Shown piece after piece: positions 24,256 through 36,786 of a DNA stretch of 36,786 nucleotides. Numbering within the stretch: position 1 is the first letter of the stretch; the number at the start of each line of letters is the position of its first letter. Below the pieces are notes generated by a model. That model saw nothing but the letters and a program-made list of their open reading frames with translations. It had not been told where the DNA came from and did not search any database. The stretch is from Planctomycetota bacterium (GTDB lineage: Bacteria; Planctomycetota; GCA-002687715; DRQF01). The stretch is from contig JALTLO010000163.1 of assembly GCA_027001995.1 (NCBI GenBank), positions 1 through 36,786 of the forward strand. The letters are read 5' to 3'. The position numbers and the translations under genes were made by a program.

Positions 24256-27090
24256 GTGAGGCGATACATCCTTGTTGCACTCATGTTCATCCCAGCAGTA
24301 GCCGCATGGTTTCTGTTTCAGGGAATAAAGCAAGAAACAACAAAGGGTATCAAGCGCATTGAAAACCAATCCATCAAGACGTCCAAAGCCAGGGCAGCCG
24401 AATCCCTAACGGGCTTTGAGGGGAAGGGGACTTTCTATCGCCACTTGGCACGGGTCAAACTCGGGCTAAAAGACCTCAGTTACACCAGCGCCTTCTATTA
24501 CTTGAATCAATGGCACCGCGATGAAACCGACACATTTCACATCGATGGACTCTTGGTTGTCCAAAACCCGAAGCCCCGCACCCTGGCAGACTTGGATGGC
24601 CTTCTGAAAATCAGCAACGCTGAACCATCCAAGAAAAGACAGCTTCGCCTGAGAACCGCCCGTCTAAAATACAACTCCCTGACCGCAGTGAAGGCTCGAG
24701 CATCCGGAGGCAAGAGCGTCACCAGCGCTGATCACTTCATTCTTGAGGATGGCGTTGAGGCTATCATTCCCAACAAGGACGCGGCACTCCCTCCATACCG
24801 CGTCGAGACAACAGACGCCGAACTCCACCTCTCAGAGGGCAACCTCCAAAGCCTCTCTATGCCCAAGCCATTCCTCATCGAAACGCCCACCCACGAGATC
24901 CGTGGCGCAGGAATGGAGGGTTTGGCAGAGAGCTCAAGGTTGGTCATTGCAAAAGACCCTCTCATTCAGAAACGGCCAAACAAGGAGTCAAAACACGACG
25001 ACTATCAAAAGGAAACCTTATCAGGAGATGGCCCTCTCTCCTGGGCACCGGATGATGTGGTCAAAGGCGAACCCAGAGCGATTCTGAATCGCACAAAATT
25101 TGATTTCGGTCGACTTGAGTTGGCCAACAACGTCAAAATAGAAACAACTGACATTGAGGTGACGGGCGACCTTCTTTCTGCTCGTGTCGGTGACGAGGAT
25201 GGTGTTTCAAATCCTGGGCGAATCAACCAACTCAAAGTCGAGGGCCGTGTCCGAGTCAAGACCCCAAATGGTGATGTCAAAGGTGATGTGGCACGAATCC
25301 GCATGATGCCCGATGGTGCCGCAACCATCTGGGTAGAAGGAGAAAGGGTGGTTCTCAACTGGGCAAAGATCACCAAAGACTCCACAAAGAAAGAGCAAAG
25401 TCTCCACGCTCAATCAGCAGGCCCCCTAAGCATCAAGATCCCGGAGACCGCAGAACGCTCAAGAAGGCCTCTTGAGATCACCATGTCCGACGATGTTGAC
25501 CTCAACATAACAGACCACTCCGGGACACTGAGGCTTCACGGCGAATACTTAGTCGTTGACCTTTCGCAACTCAACATGGTCAGTGAAAGCAAAGAGAAGC
25601 GAGAGGCTTGGCGACTTTCAAAGGCTGTCCTAAGGGGACACGTTTCCGGGTCTGGTCCAGACATGGACATTGAGACTACAAAGCTCACCATCACCAGAAA
25701 CTACGAAGTGGGTGGAACTCCCAAAGACGACCTGTTGATCATGGAAGGCCCCGCAAGACTCACACGCCCTGGGGGTCTTGGACGCAACCCCCAGGACCCG
25801 ACGATTACAACAACAATCGCCGCCAACGGAAAGATTGCCTATTTTCTCCCGACCTCACCATTCCTCAAAGCTAAAGCCACTGCCTCAGGTCATGTTGTCG
25901 CCAAGGAAAACAATACCATCGACAAACCCCGCAGGATCATGTCCGAGTGGATTGAAATCGTCATGGCGCCCCATGAAGGAAAGAAGGGTGCAATCGAAAC
26001 CCTAGAAGCCAAAGACAGCGTAGACTTCAGCGACGAAAACCGCTCTCGTCTCACTGGGGATAGAATTTGGCTGGATCGATCTGTGGCTTACGCTGAACTC
26101 GAAGGCGCCCCGGCATTGCTCGAGTTTTATGACCATGATCAAAAAAGACAGTTCCTTCGGGCTCCAAAGATTGAGCTCCACACCAGCGGATCGAAGCTGA
26201 TAGCAAGTGGAGGATTCGATGGACAACTTCGATTCCGAACCGCCGCGACAACAGGAAGAAGCAACAATGAACCACAAGAACCGAAAGATTGGACTGTAAC
26301 TGGCAATAAAATGTGGGCCGTCTTCAGTGGTGACATGCCACTCTCGCCCGAACTAAACCGCAAGAAAACACCGATTCGTTTGGCTGAAGTAGATCTAACT
26401 GGCAGTGTTCGCATCGAGAACCCAGACCAAATCCTCACCGGCGAAAATCTCCATTACGACTTTAGATCTCAAGAAGGTGTCATGGTCGGCGAACCTGCCC
26501 GTCTGGTATCGATCCGCTTGGTCAACGGCGTTCGACTCAGAGATTGGATTGAAGCGCCTCGCGTTCTTACTCAACCGAAGGCCACGCTTTTCGAAGGCCA
26601 CGCGAAAGCCCGTTTGAACATCAAGAGACAAAAATTGAGTCGACGCGATCTCAGCTCTTGGGAATTCCTGTTTGTGAGTTGCACAGAGACGATCTTGGTG
26701 CGTAAGGCAATGGCGATTTTCGACGGACACTGCATCTTAGAGCGAGGTATTGTCGCCAAAGGTGGCCTCAGGCTGGAAGCCGATCACTTAGTCGCACGAT
26801 TCACACCCGGACAGCAAGGCAAAAAAATGCCTCAAAGGCTTGAGAGAATCGAGGCCAGTGGCCACGTTCAATTGGCGCGAAATAAGTTGCGTGGCCAAGG
26901 GGATCACCTTGACTTTGACTATGAAGCGAAGAGAGTCACCATGAACGGAAAGAAGGCGCCCTGCCGCATGTGGACCGAAGGAGGCGGGACCACCTTCAGC
27001 GGACAAACCGTGGTCCGCGATTTGGAGGCACAAACAACAACCGTCATCCGCGCTTTCGGCAAGTCCACGCGCAAAGAAGGAAAAAACTGA
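24256..27090 (+). CDS. Large membrane-anchored protein with multiple LptC/LptA (OstA)-like beta-jellyroll repeats
   Basis: N-terminal TM helix, then recurring units such as INQLKVEGRVRV..VKGDVA, IETLEAKDSVDF..LTGDRIWLD..LEGAPA, LAEVDLTGSVRI..LTGENLHYD..MVGEPA and LERIEASGHVQL..GQGDHLDFD. It occupies the lptC-lptA position after kdsC. Confidence 0.7.
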   Translation: MRRYILVALMFIPAVAAWFLFQGIKQETTKGIKRIENQSIKTSKARAAESLTGFEGKGTFYRHLARVKLGLKDLSYTSAFYYLNQWHRDETDTFHIDGLLVVQNPKPRTLADLDGLLKISNAEPSKKRQLRLRTARLKYNSLTAVKARASGGKSVTSADHFILEDGVEAIIPNKDAALPPYRVETTDAELHLSEGNLQSLSMPKPFLIETPTHEIRGAGMEGLAESSRLVIAKDPLIQKRPNKESKHDDYQKETLSGDGPLSWAPDDVVKGEPRAILNRTKFDFGRLELANNVKIETTDIEVTGDLLSARVGDEDGVSNPGRINQLKVEGRVRVKTPNGDVKGDVARIRMMPDGAATIWVEGERVVLNWAKITKDSTKKEQSLHAQSAGPLSIKIPETAERSRRPLEITMSDDVDLNITDHSGTLRLHGEYLVVDLSQLNMVSESKEKREAWRLSKAVLRGHVSGSGPDMDIETTKLTITRNYEVGGTPKDDLLIMEGPARLTRPGGLGRNPQDPTITTTIAANGKIAYFLPTSPFLKAKATASGHVVAKENNTIDKPRRIMSEWIEIVMAPHEGKKGAIETLEAKDSVDFSDENRSRLTGDRIWLDRSVAYAELEGAPALLEFYDHDQKRQFLRAPKIELHTSGSKLIASGGFDGQLRFRTAATTGRSNNEPQEPKDWTVTGNKMWAVFSGDMPLSPELNRKKTPIRLAEVDLTGSVRIENPDQILTGENLHYDFRSQEGVMVGEPARLVSIRLVNGVRLRDWIEAPRVLTQPKATLFEGHAKARLNIKRQKLSRRDLSSWEFLFVSCTETILVRKAMAIFDGHCILERGIVAKGGLRLEADHLVARFTPGQQGKKMPQRLERIEASGHVQLARNKLRGQGDHLDFDYEAKRVTMNGKKAPCRMWTEGGGTTFSGQTVVRDLEAQTTTVIRAFGKSTRKEGKN

Positions 27091-29354
27091 TGTCGCGATG
27101 GACAACCCTCCTGACGTTCACCCTTTCCCTTGTCCTCATTTTTGGCTCGTCGGCCTTTGGCCAAGAAACACCAAGAGACACGGTTGGGGTTACTTTCGAA
27201 GCTGCTTGGTTTCAAATTGACAACAAGCGTGACATTCTCGTTGCTGTAGGCAATGTGCAGATTAAGTGGTTAGGAGGGAGCCTTCGTTGTGACAATGCCA
27301 TTGTCTGGGGGGCTTCCGCAAGCAAAGGAAAAGATGGGGTTGCTGCCAAAGGTATTCAGGCCAGAGAGATCTATGCGGAAGGTGATGTTTTCGTTCGTCA
27401 TGGAGAGAATCTCTACACCCTTGACACAGCCCGAGGCTTCATTGACCCTGTTCGAAATCGGGGTGTTTTCTTTGATACGACGATCAGCACGGACATCTCC
27501 GGCAAGGATGGCCCTGTCACCATCACGGCGCGAGCCGCTGAAGCTATCCAGATTGCTAACAATCGTTTTGAACTCAAAGATCTCACCCTCACAACGAGCC
27601 CTTTCTCGGAGCCTGGCTATCACGTTGCTGCTGAATCACTAAAACTGCAAATTGATCCTCCAGCTCAAAAGCCAAATGGTAAGCCGGGCCAAATGGTTCG
27701 CAATATTCAATACGAGCTCGATGGGAGCGTGCTGCACATTGGGGGAGTTCCCATCGCACCAGCGCCATCGATAAAAGGGAGCACCCAAGATGACTCTTTT
27801 AACTGGCTCAAGAAACTGAGCGTCGACAATTCAAATCGCTTTGGTCCCTCTCTCCTTGTTTCCGTGGGAACCCCCATCACGATCAACGATAAACGCTGGG
27901 GAGATTGGACTCTCAACACGCGCTATTTGGGAGACCGAGGGCCCGGAATTGGCCTCGACCTCAGGTACCGAACAGACACATACCGTGGCCGCTTTGAAGG
28001 GTTCTATCAGAGTGACCGTGGCAAGGATCGCCTGTTTGGCAACCCACCAGACAAGAACCGCGGCCGCGTTTTGTTGCGCCATAGGCAACTGTTGCCCGAG
28101 AACATTCAGCTTGATGTTGAGATCAGCAAGATCACGGATCGCGGCTTCTTACCCGAGTACTACGAGCGCGAGTTCAAAGAGGGCAAGGACCAAGAGACAC
28201 TTCTCTATCTCAAACGAGCCGTCGAGAATCGCGCCGCTACATTCTTGGCATCCGTGAGACAAAATGACTTCTTAGATCAAGTCGAACGTCAACCCCAATT
28301 CGGCTACAATGTCATCTCAGAGCCCCTGTTTGACATTGGCGACACGACAGTCTACTTGGACACAGACTATGAAGTGACCAGGGCCCGCCGACGATTCGAT
28401 GACAACACCAACCGCAAAGACATGGATTCTTTTCGTGTGGACTTAGACAACAAAGTTGCTGTTCCGTTTTTCGCTGGCCCCATCAAACTCCAACCGTTCG
28501 CCGGATTCCGCTACTCATACTATAGCAATAGCCGTATTGGCGAGCGCCCCGTCCACCGAATCGCCTCGCTCTTTGGTGTTCAAGCCACCACCCAATTGTC
28601 ACGAACCTTCGATCTCAACGGAGGCCTCTTTAACCTCAATGGCTTGAGACACATCATTATGCCTGAGATCGAATACTTGGTGATCTCACATGTATCTCGC
28701 AACGTCGGGGACTTTCCTCAGTTCGATCGAATTGACGCCGTCTCTGAGTCTCAAGCCATCCGCATCGGCGTTCGCAACCGTTTGCAAACGATCTGGGAAA
28801 TCAACAAAGAGAATCAGGTTGTTGATTTTGTCGACTTGGATGTTGAGTGGACGTTCTTCCCCAACGCGAACCGAGATAATTTTGGTGAGAACGCCGGCAA
28901 CATTGATGTTGATTTCATGCTGCGCCTCTCGCCAAAACTAACCTATCTTCTCGACTTCGAATATTCCTTTCGTTTAGAAACCATGGAAGTACTCAACACA
29001 ACCTTGGGTTGGGCGCCCAACGAAGAGTTTCAAGTGGGCCTTGGCTATCGAAGATATGTGGACGTCAATGACGTGGTCATTCTTCAATCTCAATGGCGAC
29101 CGGTGGAGAAATTTGCCGTTCGGGGCTCCGTGGGCTACGACTTCCAAGATGGGGAATTTCAAGACGCCAAAGTCACCTTTGTCCGATATGGAGCGGATTG
29201 GGTCTTTGAGGTCGATATATCTTGGGATAATTCCGGGGACTTCGGCTTCGGCATCGCCCTCTCCCCCCGAGCCCTCTTTGATCCACGCCTAAGAGCACGC
29301 TCCCTGCGTCATCAGCCCCGATTCTACGACTTTGGGCGACGGGTTATTCGATAG
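27090..29354 (+). CDS. lptD: LPS assembly outer-membrane protein LptD
   Basis: Signal peptide from ATG 27090 (TGATG overlap with the upstream stop), jellyroll N-domain (AVGNV, YAEGDV), then a beta-barrel with DRGFLPEY and LRHIIMPEIEY. Confidence 0.85.
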   Translation: MSRWTTLLTFTLSLVLIFGSSAFGQETPRDTVGVTFEAAWFQIDNKRDILVAVGNVQIKWLGGSLRCDNAIVWGASASKGKDGVAAKGIQAREIYAEGDVFVRHGENLYTLDTARGFIDPVRNRGVFFDTTISTDISGKDGPVTITARAAEAIQIANNRFELKDLTLTTSPFSEPGYHVAAESLKLQIDPPAQKPNGKPGQMVRNIQYELDGSVLHIGGVPIAPAPSIKGSTQDDSFNWLKKLSVDNSNRFGPSLLVSVGTPITINDKRWGDWTLNTRYLGDRGPGIGLDLRYRTDTYRGRFEGFYQSDRGKDRLFGNPPDKNRGRVLLRHRQLLPENIQLDVEISKITDRGFLPEYYEREFKEGKDQETLLYLKRAVENRAATFLASVRQNDFLDQVERQPQFGYNVISEPLFDIGDTTVYLDTDYEVTRARRRFDDNTNRKDMDSFRVDLDNKVAVPFFAGPIKLQPFAGFRYSYYSNSRIGERPVHRIASLFGVQATTQLSRTFDLNGGLFNLNGLRHIIMPEIEYLVISHVSRNVGDFPQFDRIDAVSESQAIRIGVRNRLQTIWEINKENQVVDFVDLDVEWTFFPNANRDNFGENAGNIDVDFMLRLSPKLTYLLDFEYSFRLETMEVLNTTLGWAPNEEFQVGLGYRRYVDVNDVVILQSQWRPVEKFAVRGSVGYDFQDGEFQDAKVTFVRYGADWVFEVDISWDNSGDFGFGIALSPRALFDPRLRARSLRHQPRFYDFGRRVIR

Positions 29355-29453
29355 CCCCATGGGCATGAGTGCTCACCCTCGTGAATAATGCAGCCATGAG
29401 CCTTGACTGACGTCGGGGCAGTGCGGACAATAGGGATGAAATCGAGGACCCAT

Positions 29454-29750
29454 ATGCGACCCATCTTTTTGTTTTTGAGCCTTGGCACACCGGAAATCAT
29501 TGTTCTGGGTATGGTTGGTTTGTTGCTTTTTGGTCGGAGGTTGCCCGAAGTGGGGCGCTCTTTGGGAAAGAGTTTCTTGGAATTCAAATCGGGCCTAAAC
29601 GATATGAAGTCTGAACTCACTGACGTTCAAAGGATGGTTGAAAAACAAGAGTCCTATGACCCCGTCCCAAGGCCAGAAGTCAAAGATGTCACACCGGAAT
29701 CAAATGAGGCATCACCCGAGAAGGACGATGCCCCAGAAGATTCTAATTAA
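29454..29750 (+). CDS. tatA: Twin-arginine translocase TatA/TatB subunit
   Basis: G.PEIIVLGMVGLLLFGRRLPEVGRSLGK..EFK; GAGG RBS before ATG 29454. Confidence 0.88.
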   Translation: MRPIFLFLSLGTPEIIVLGMVGLLLFGRRLPEVGRSLGKSFLEFKSGLNDMKSELTDVQRMVEKQESYDPVPRPEVKDVTPESNEASPEKDDAPEDSN

Positions 29751-29758
29751 CTCTTAGT

Positions 29759-31303
29759 CTATAAGACAATAGAGTCGACTGTGGTCACAACACTGCAGTT
29801 CCGCGATTTTTCTTTCGCCGCGTAGAGACATTCGTCGGCAACTTTGAGCAATGCAGGGCCGTCAGCTTGATGATCAATACAGTTGCAGACCGCCCCTCCG
29901 ATACTCGCTGTTACTTTGAGCAACTTGTCTTCGTAGGTCACCTCTGTCGCCTCCACCGCCTGGCGAATGCGCTCGGAAACAAGCAAGAGTCCTTCTTCAT
30001 CCGTTTCTGGTAGAATCACCACAAATTCTTCACCACCATATCGAGCGGCAACGTCGGCACCTCGAACCCCATCGTCCACGGCCTGAGCCACCGCCACCAG
30101 AACAGCGTCGCCGGCCAAGTGACCATGGGTGTCATTGAAGTTCTTGAAGTGATCAATGTCCAAAACCAAGAGCCCCAGCCCCTTGTCATACTTGTCAGCA
30201 ATGTGTTCCTTAATGACTTCCCGAAGCTTCTCGTCAAAGAAGGCGCGGTTGTTGATGCCGGTGAGTTTGTCGGTATTGGCTTTCTTCGACAACTCTTCTT
30301 TTTCGAGCTCCAAGGCCTCTTCGCGCTCTTTGCTCTGCTGTAGATCGATGGCTGTGCCCAAGCTAACACTCACCATTTGCATGCGCGCTTGCTCTATGAT
30401 CTTGTCGAAGGGCTCGGCATGTCGCACTTCAATGTTCAGCATCGATGCTGTTTCTGAGACGCCGTTCTCCAAGCCGATAATAAAGGCGTCGATTTCCGAA
30501 TCTGACAGCTCAAAACGCGAAGAGACTGTTTCGTGCAATTGGGATAGAGCCGGACCTTTCCGGGATGAGCAAATGACTGTCGTTGCGAGTTCGGCCAAGT
30601 GAAGGATCCAAGCCAGCTCTGTCACTTCAACAGACGATGTGGCAGGCAGGTCCATAGGGCATGCTGAATAGCCAATGGATTCATGAATCTGCTCTGGCAT
30701 TTCCCATTGGCGAAGTAAGGTAGCGCCAATAGTCGGATAGTCGAAGCCAAGTACCTGGCGCTCGTCCTCAGCGGTTGGCATACTTCCCGCCACCCGCTCA
30801 AGGACTTTCGCATACTGTTCTGGCATACATTCAGCCATCACCAATTGCCCAATGTGAGAAAGCAAACCGCACATGAAGGCTTCGTCAAAGTAGCGACTCT
30901 TGACTAACTGAGCGAGAGATCGGCCAGCCACAGCCATAGTTAAGCTTTGTGCCCAATAGGCATCATAGTCAAAAAGGCTCTCTTCCTCGCCAGACTTGGG
31001 CAAAGAACCGGCCAATGAAAAACTAAGCGCCATAAGTTTCACAGTTTTAAGACCAAGGACCATGGTTGCGCGATCAATCGTGGAGATCTCTGATCCGCGC
31101 TTGAACAACGAAGAATTGGATAGCTTCAGCAATTTCGCCGAAAGCGCTGGATCGCGCGAGACAACAACAGCAATGTCTTCAATACAGACAGAATCATCGC
31201 TGGTCAATCGCAGAACCTCCATGGCCACGGAGGGTGGGCTCGGAAGATTGTCGGCCTTGGCAATCAATTCGGGTAGTTGAGGTAACACAAGCTCTTTGCT
31301 CAT
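29759..31303 (-). CDS. HDOD-GGDEF diguanylate cyclase
   Basis: HDOD (LPSPP, DPALSAKLLKLSNS, GLLSHIG), then DKLTG, DIDHFK.FND.HGH..GD, the RxxD I-site (RGAD) and GGEEF. Confidence 0.93.
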   Translation of the reverse strand: MSKELVLPQLPELIAKADNLPSPPSVAMEVLRLTSDDSVCIEDIAVVVSRDPALSAKLLKLSNSSLFKRGSEISTIDRATMVLGLKTVKLMALSFSLAGSLPKSGEEESLFDYDAYWAQSLTMAVAGRSLAQLVKSRYFDEAFMCGLLSHIGQLVMAECMPEQYAKVLERVAGSMPTAEDERQVLGFDYPTIGATLLRQWEMPEQIHESIGYSACPMDLPATSSVEVTELAWILHLAELATTVICSSRKGPALSQLHETVSSRFELSDSEIDAFIIGLENGVSETASMLNIEVRHAEPFDKIIEQARMQMVSVSLGTAIDLQQSKEREEALELEKEELSKKANTDKLTGINNRAFFDEKLREVIKEHIADKYDKGLGLLVLDIDHFKNFNDTHGHLAGDAVLVAVAQAVDDGVRGADVAARYGGEEFVVILPETDEEGLLLVSERIRQAVEATEVTYEDKLLKVTASIGGAVCNCIDHQADGPALLKVADECLYAAKEKSRNCSVVTTVDSIVL

Positions 31304-31509
31304 CTATATTGTCCTAGTTGTTTAGCGGCTGAGGGGGAAGAAGGGCAAAAGAAAGTCACCGACCTTGATTCTGATGGCACGCAGATCAAGGTGGATTATC
31401 GTTTTTTGCTCCAAACCGTACTAATTAGACTTCGACGAACGACTTGGCAGACTTGAGTTGATCAGGACTAAGATTCCCCAATTCCCTCATCACAATCAAA
31501 ACTTAACAA

Positions 31510-31546
31510 AGGAAGCCAAATCCTCCGGGAGAGGATTTGGCTTCCT
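31510..31546 (-). terminator. Intrinsic terminator after gyrB
   Basis: Perfect 16-bp stem AGGAAGCCAAATCCTC/GAGGATTTGGCTTCCT with a 5-nt loop and a U-rich tail on the minus strand. Confidence 0.8.
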
Positions 31547-31641
31547 GTTCTCACTCGACCTTATATCGCGTTCTGAGCAGCGAACTTATGACGACGTCGG
31601 CTCTGCTGGGCGTGAAATCTCAGCCAACGCACATCTCATTC

Positions 31642-34421
<2,780 letters not shown>

Positions 34422-34439
34422 GAAGATGTTCTTTTGCCT

Positions 34440-35549
34440 TTAGCCGTTGCGTGTCGTGACAGGCATCACAACATAAACGAAACCATCATCTCCAGTGATT
34501 TTGGCTGGCTGATTCGCCCGAGAGAAACCAATTTTGACAGCTTCCGCTTGCATCACCTTGAGGCCTTCCACCATGAAATCAGGATTGAATGCGATTTGCA
34601 GTTCATCTCCATCATAACCTGGAGCATCTAGCTCAATTTTTGCTTCTCCTGCATCCAGTGCTTGAGCTGAAAGTTCGGCCTTGCCATCCGCAACTCGCAA
34701 TTTGACCGACCGCGTCTCTTGGCTTGTTAGTAGGGCAGCTTGCCGAAAAGCACGAATGAGATCTTCGCGGGGAAACTCTAAATTGATGGTGCAAGATTCG
34801 GGAATAACGGCTTTGTAGTTAGGAAAACTCCCTTCAACCAAGCGGGATGAGATTTCCGCTCGGGTTGTCTTGAGCATAATCTCATTGTCTTCCAAGGCGA
34901 TGCGCACCACGTCATCCTCATCTCCCAGAACTTTTTCGAAAACCGTTAGGGCACGCGATGGGACAATGTGGCCGGCGTCAACATCATCGGTATTGTCGAT
35001 CTCTTCAACCTTCATTACCAAGCGCTTGCCGTCAGTGGCGATCATGCGGGCCTGGTTGCCTGTGATGTCGAGCTTGGCCCCATTGAATGCAAACCGTGAC
35101 TTTTCTTTTGCCACGGCGAAGTGCGTCTTCTTGATCAGTGTGACGAATTTGTCTCGGTCCAAACCAAATGCGTTCTCGCCGTTAAACTGAGGAATTGAAG
35201 GGTATTCTTCTGGATTCTCGCTTAGAAGCTGAAAAGAACTCTTTCCAGAGCGCAGACGCACTTTGCCTCCGATTTCTGCTTCGAAAGAAACGGTCTCGCT
35301 GGCGCACTCTTTCAAAATAGAGGCTACGCGAGTCGCAGGCACCACAGCCTCCCCCGCCTCTTCGACTTCTTCCATGGGAACATGGAATCGAATACTCATT
35401 TCGAGATCGGTCCCCATGACCGTCAGCATGTCATTTGTGGCTAGAAGATGGACGTTAGTCAGAATTGGGCGAATAGCGCGGGGCGAAATGACCAACCCAA
35501 CAACTTGAAAGGCTTCGAGAATGGCTTGGCGAGAAACTGTGAATTTCAT
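34440..35549 (-). CDS. dnaN: DNA polymerase III beta clamp
   Basis: GTDLE, ATDGKRL, SRLVEGSFPNY, AFNPDF and YVVMPV. Confidence 0.97.
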   Translation of the reverse strand: MKFTVSRQAILEAFQVVGLVISPRAIRPILTNVHLLATNDMLTVMGTDLEMSIRFHVPMEEVEEAGEAVVPATRVASILKECASETVSFEAEIGGKVRLRSGKSSFQLLSENPEEYPSIPQFNGENAFGLDRDKFVTLIKKTHFAVAKEKSRFAFNGAKLDITGNQARMIATDGKRLVMKVEEIDNTDDVDAGHIVPSRALTVFEKVLGDEDDVVRIALEDNEIMLKTTRAEISSRLVEGSFPNYKAVIPESCTINLEFPREDLIRAFRQAALLTSQETRSVKLRVADGKAELSAQALDAGEAKIELDAPGYDGDELQIAFNPDFMVEGLKVMQAEAVKIGFSRANQPAKITGDDGFVYVVMPVTTRNG

Positions 35550-36408
35550 TGTTGGCCTCTGCTGACGTTTTGGTCGTGCGAATATGCTGATTGAAGGTGG
35601 CTCACACGGCCTATCTTGAACTTACCTATCATAGTTGATTTGGGGGTCGATTTACAGCCCGCACCGTGGCTTTTGGTTGTTCATAAACCACGACAGGGTA
35701 TGAAGTAATAGGGGTCACTTTGATCCTGTGAGCGAAACCGCAATTCCATCGTGCGATTCTCTGGTTTCTTGGCGTTTTTCTGGTCCCTCTGGTGATGAAA
35801 TTTCGGTCGTCATGTCAAACTGAGGCCAGGGTATTTTTGGCTTCGAATCTCCCTCTTGTTGGCTCATAGGTAGGGTTGGCGCTGTGAAGTCGGATAGGCA
35901 CCGAAGGCCATGGTGGAGTCTGGTGGCAAAGCGTGAGGTTTGTGGTGATGTTTGGCTCATTCACAATCCAAGAACCATAAGATGAGCAAGGAAACATGTA
36001 GAAAGGGTTTCTTGCTTTGTCAGTGGAATTGGCCAAGTTCGACTTGTCCTTGGTGCTGAGAAATTCTTCTCAACCGAGCGTGACATTCAACAACGGCTTG
36101 CTGTCACAAAAAACACGCTCTCTTCTTCTTTCTCCACTTGTTTTCCACAGGATGATTCTGTTTTCCCTGGTTCGTTTGTTCATTCCGTGGCCACCCATAG
36201 CCACCATGTGTTGTATTTTAACCCGTTATTGCGACAGGGTTTGGGTTATTTTCTTGGGCACAACGGGGCCCCCGCTGCGGTTTATACAATTTGACGGATA
36301 AATTGGTGTATTTGGGTTTTCCAAAGATAGAGATAAAAGAAAAACATGGTCCTCAAACCATGTTTTCCCCGAGTTTTCCACAGGTTCATTAAACCTATAT
36401 TGGCTGAT
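35550..36408. other. Candidate chromosomal replication origin (oriC) in the dnaA-dnaN intergenic region
   Basis: 859-bp gap with DnaA boxes TTTTCCACA at 36141 and 36374, near-boxes at 35957 (TCATTCACA), 36130, 36317 and 36363, and AT-rich sequence around 36280-36410. Confidence 0.65.
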
Positions 36409-36786
36409 CTATATCTTGAGTTGTCGGCTCATATCCTCGACAACATCCCGAAGCTCTGGATCTGTATTGACGCGCTTGGTGATCTTGTCGTCCGCATAAA
36501 GGACGGTGGAGTGGTCCCGGCCTCCGAAGTAGCCCCCAATTTCGGTTAAGGAAAGAGGGGTGTGTTTTCTGGCTAAATGCATACAGATTTGACGTGGCAG
36601 CGTGATGGAGTGAAAGCGCTTTTTTGATTGAAGATCGGAAAGTCGGACATTGTAGTGATCCGTAACGACTTCAATGATGTCATCCATGGTGATTCTTCGT
36701 TTAACCGCCCCCAATAGATCACTCAGGACGCGACGAGCCACTTCTACCGTCACGGGCTCTTGCATGATTCGAGAATATCCAGCAAG
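36409..36786 (-). CDS. dnaA: Chromosomal replication initiator DnaA, C-terminal part (5' end outside the window)
   Basis: Domain IV PRQICMHLAR..T.LSL.EIG.YFGGRDHSTVLYA; frame open to the window edge. Confidence 0.96.
   Translation of the reverse strand, partial: LAGYSRIMQEPVTVEVARRVLSDLLGAVKRRITMDDIIEVVTDHYNVRLSDLQSKKRFHSITLPRQICMHLARKHTPLSLTEIGGYFGGRDHSTVLYADDKITKRVNTDPELRDVVEDMSRQLKI

Noticed and set aside
35715..36549. ORFs in the dnaA-dnaN gap
   Set aside because: Poor protein-like composition, and they overlap DnaA boxes or dnaA antisense; treated as non-coding.

Overview
Bacterial chromosomal segment at the probable replication origin, most likely from a Planctomycetota-type genome. 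That assignment is inferred from gene style: a membrane-anchored ECF sigma with carboxypeptidase-regulatory-like repeats, an FG-GAP protein, a planctomycete-like LptD and TatA, and dnaN-DUF721-gyrB without recF. The right two thirds are core genes: dnaA (partial)-oriC candidate-dnaN-dciA-gyrB, an HDOD-GGDEF cyclase, kdsD-kdsC-[944-aa LptC/LptA-like repeat protein]-lptD-tatA, S2P-scpA, argR and fmt-rsmB. The left 11 kb is accessory-like, with secreted proteins, an extended ECF sigma and two decayed genes absent from the ORF track: a Ser/Thr kinase relic and an IS5/IS903-group transposase relic. The best leads are (1) a single-chain, membrane-anchored multi-jellyroll LPS bridge candidate coupled to an LptD with only one cysteine, and (2) an unannotated ~85-nt structured RNA with a sigma54-type promoter, upstream direct repeats and an intrinsic terminator at 19051-19290. 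All calls come from reading the sequence; no searches were run.
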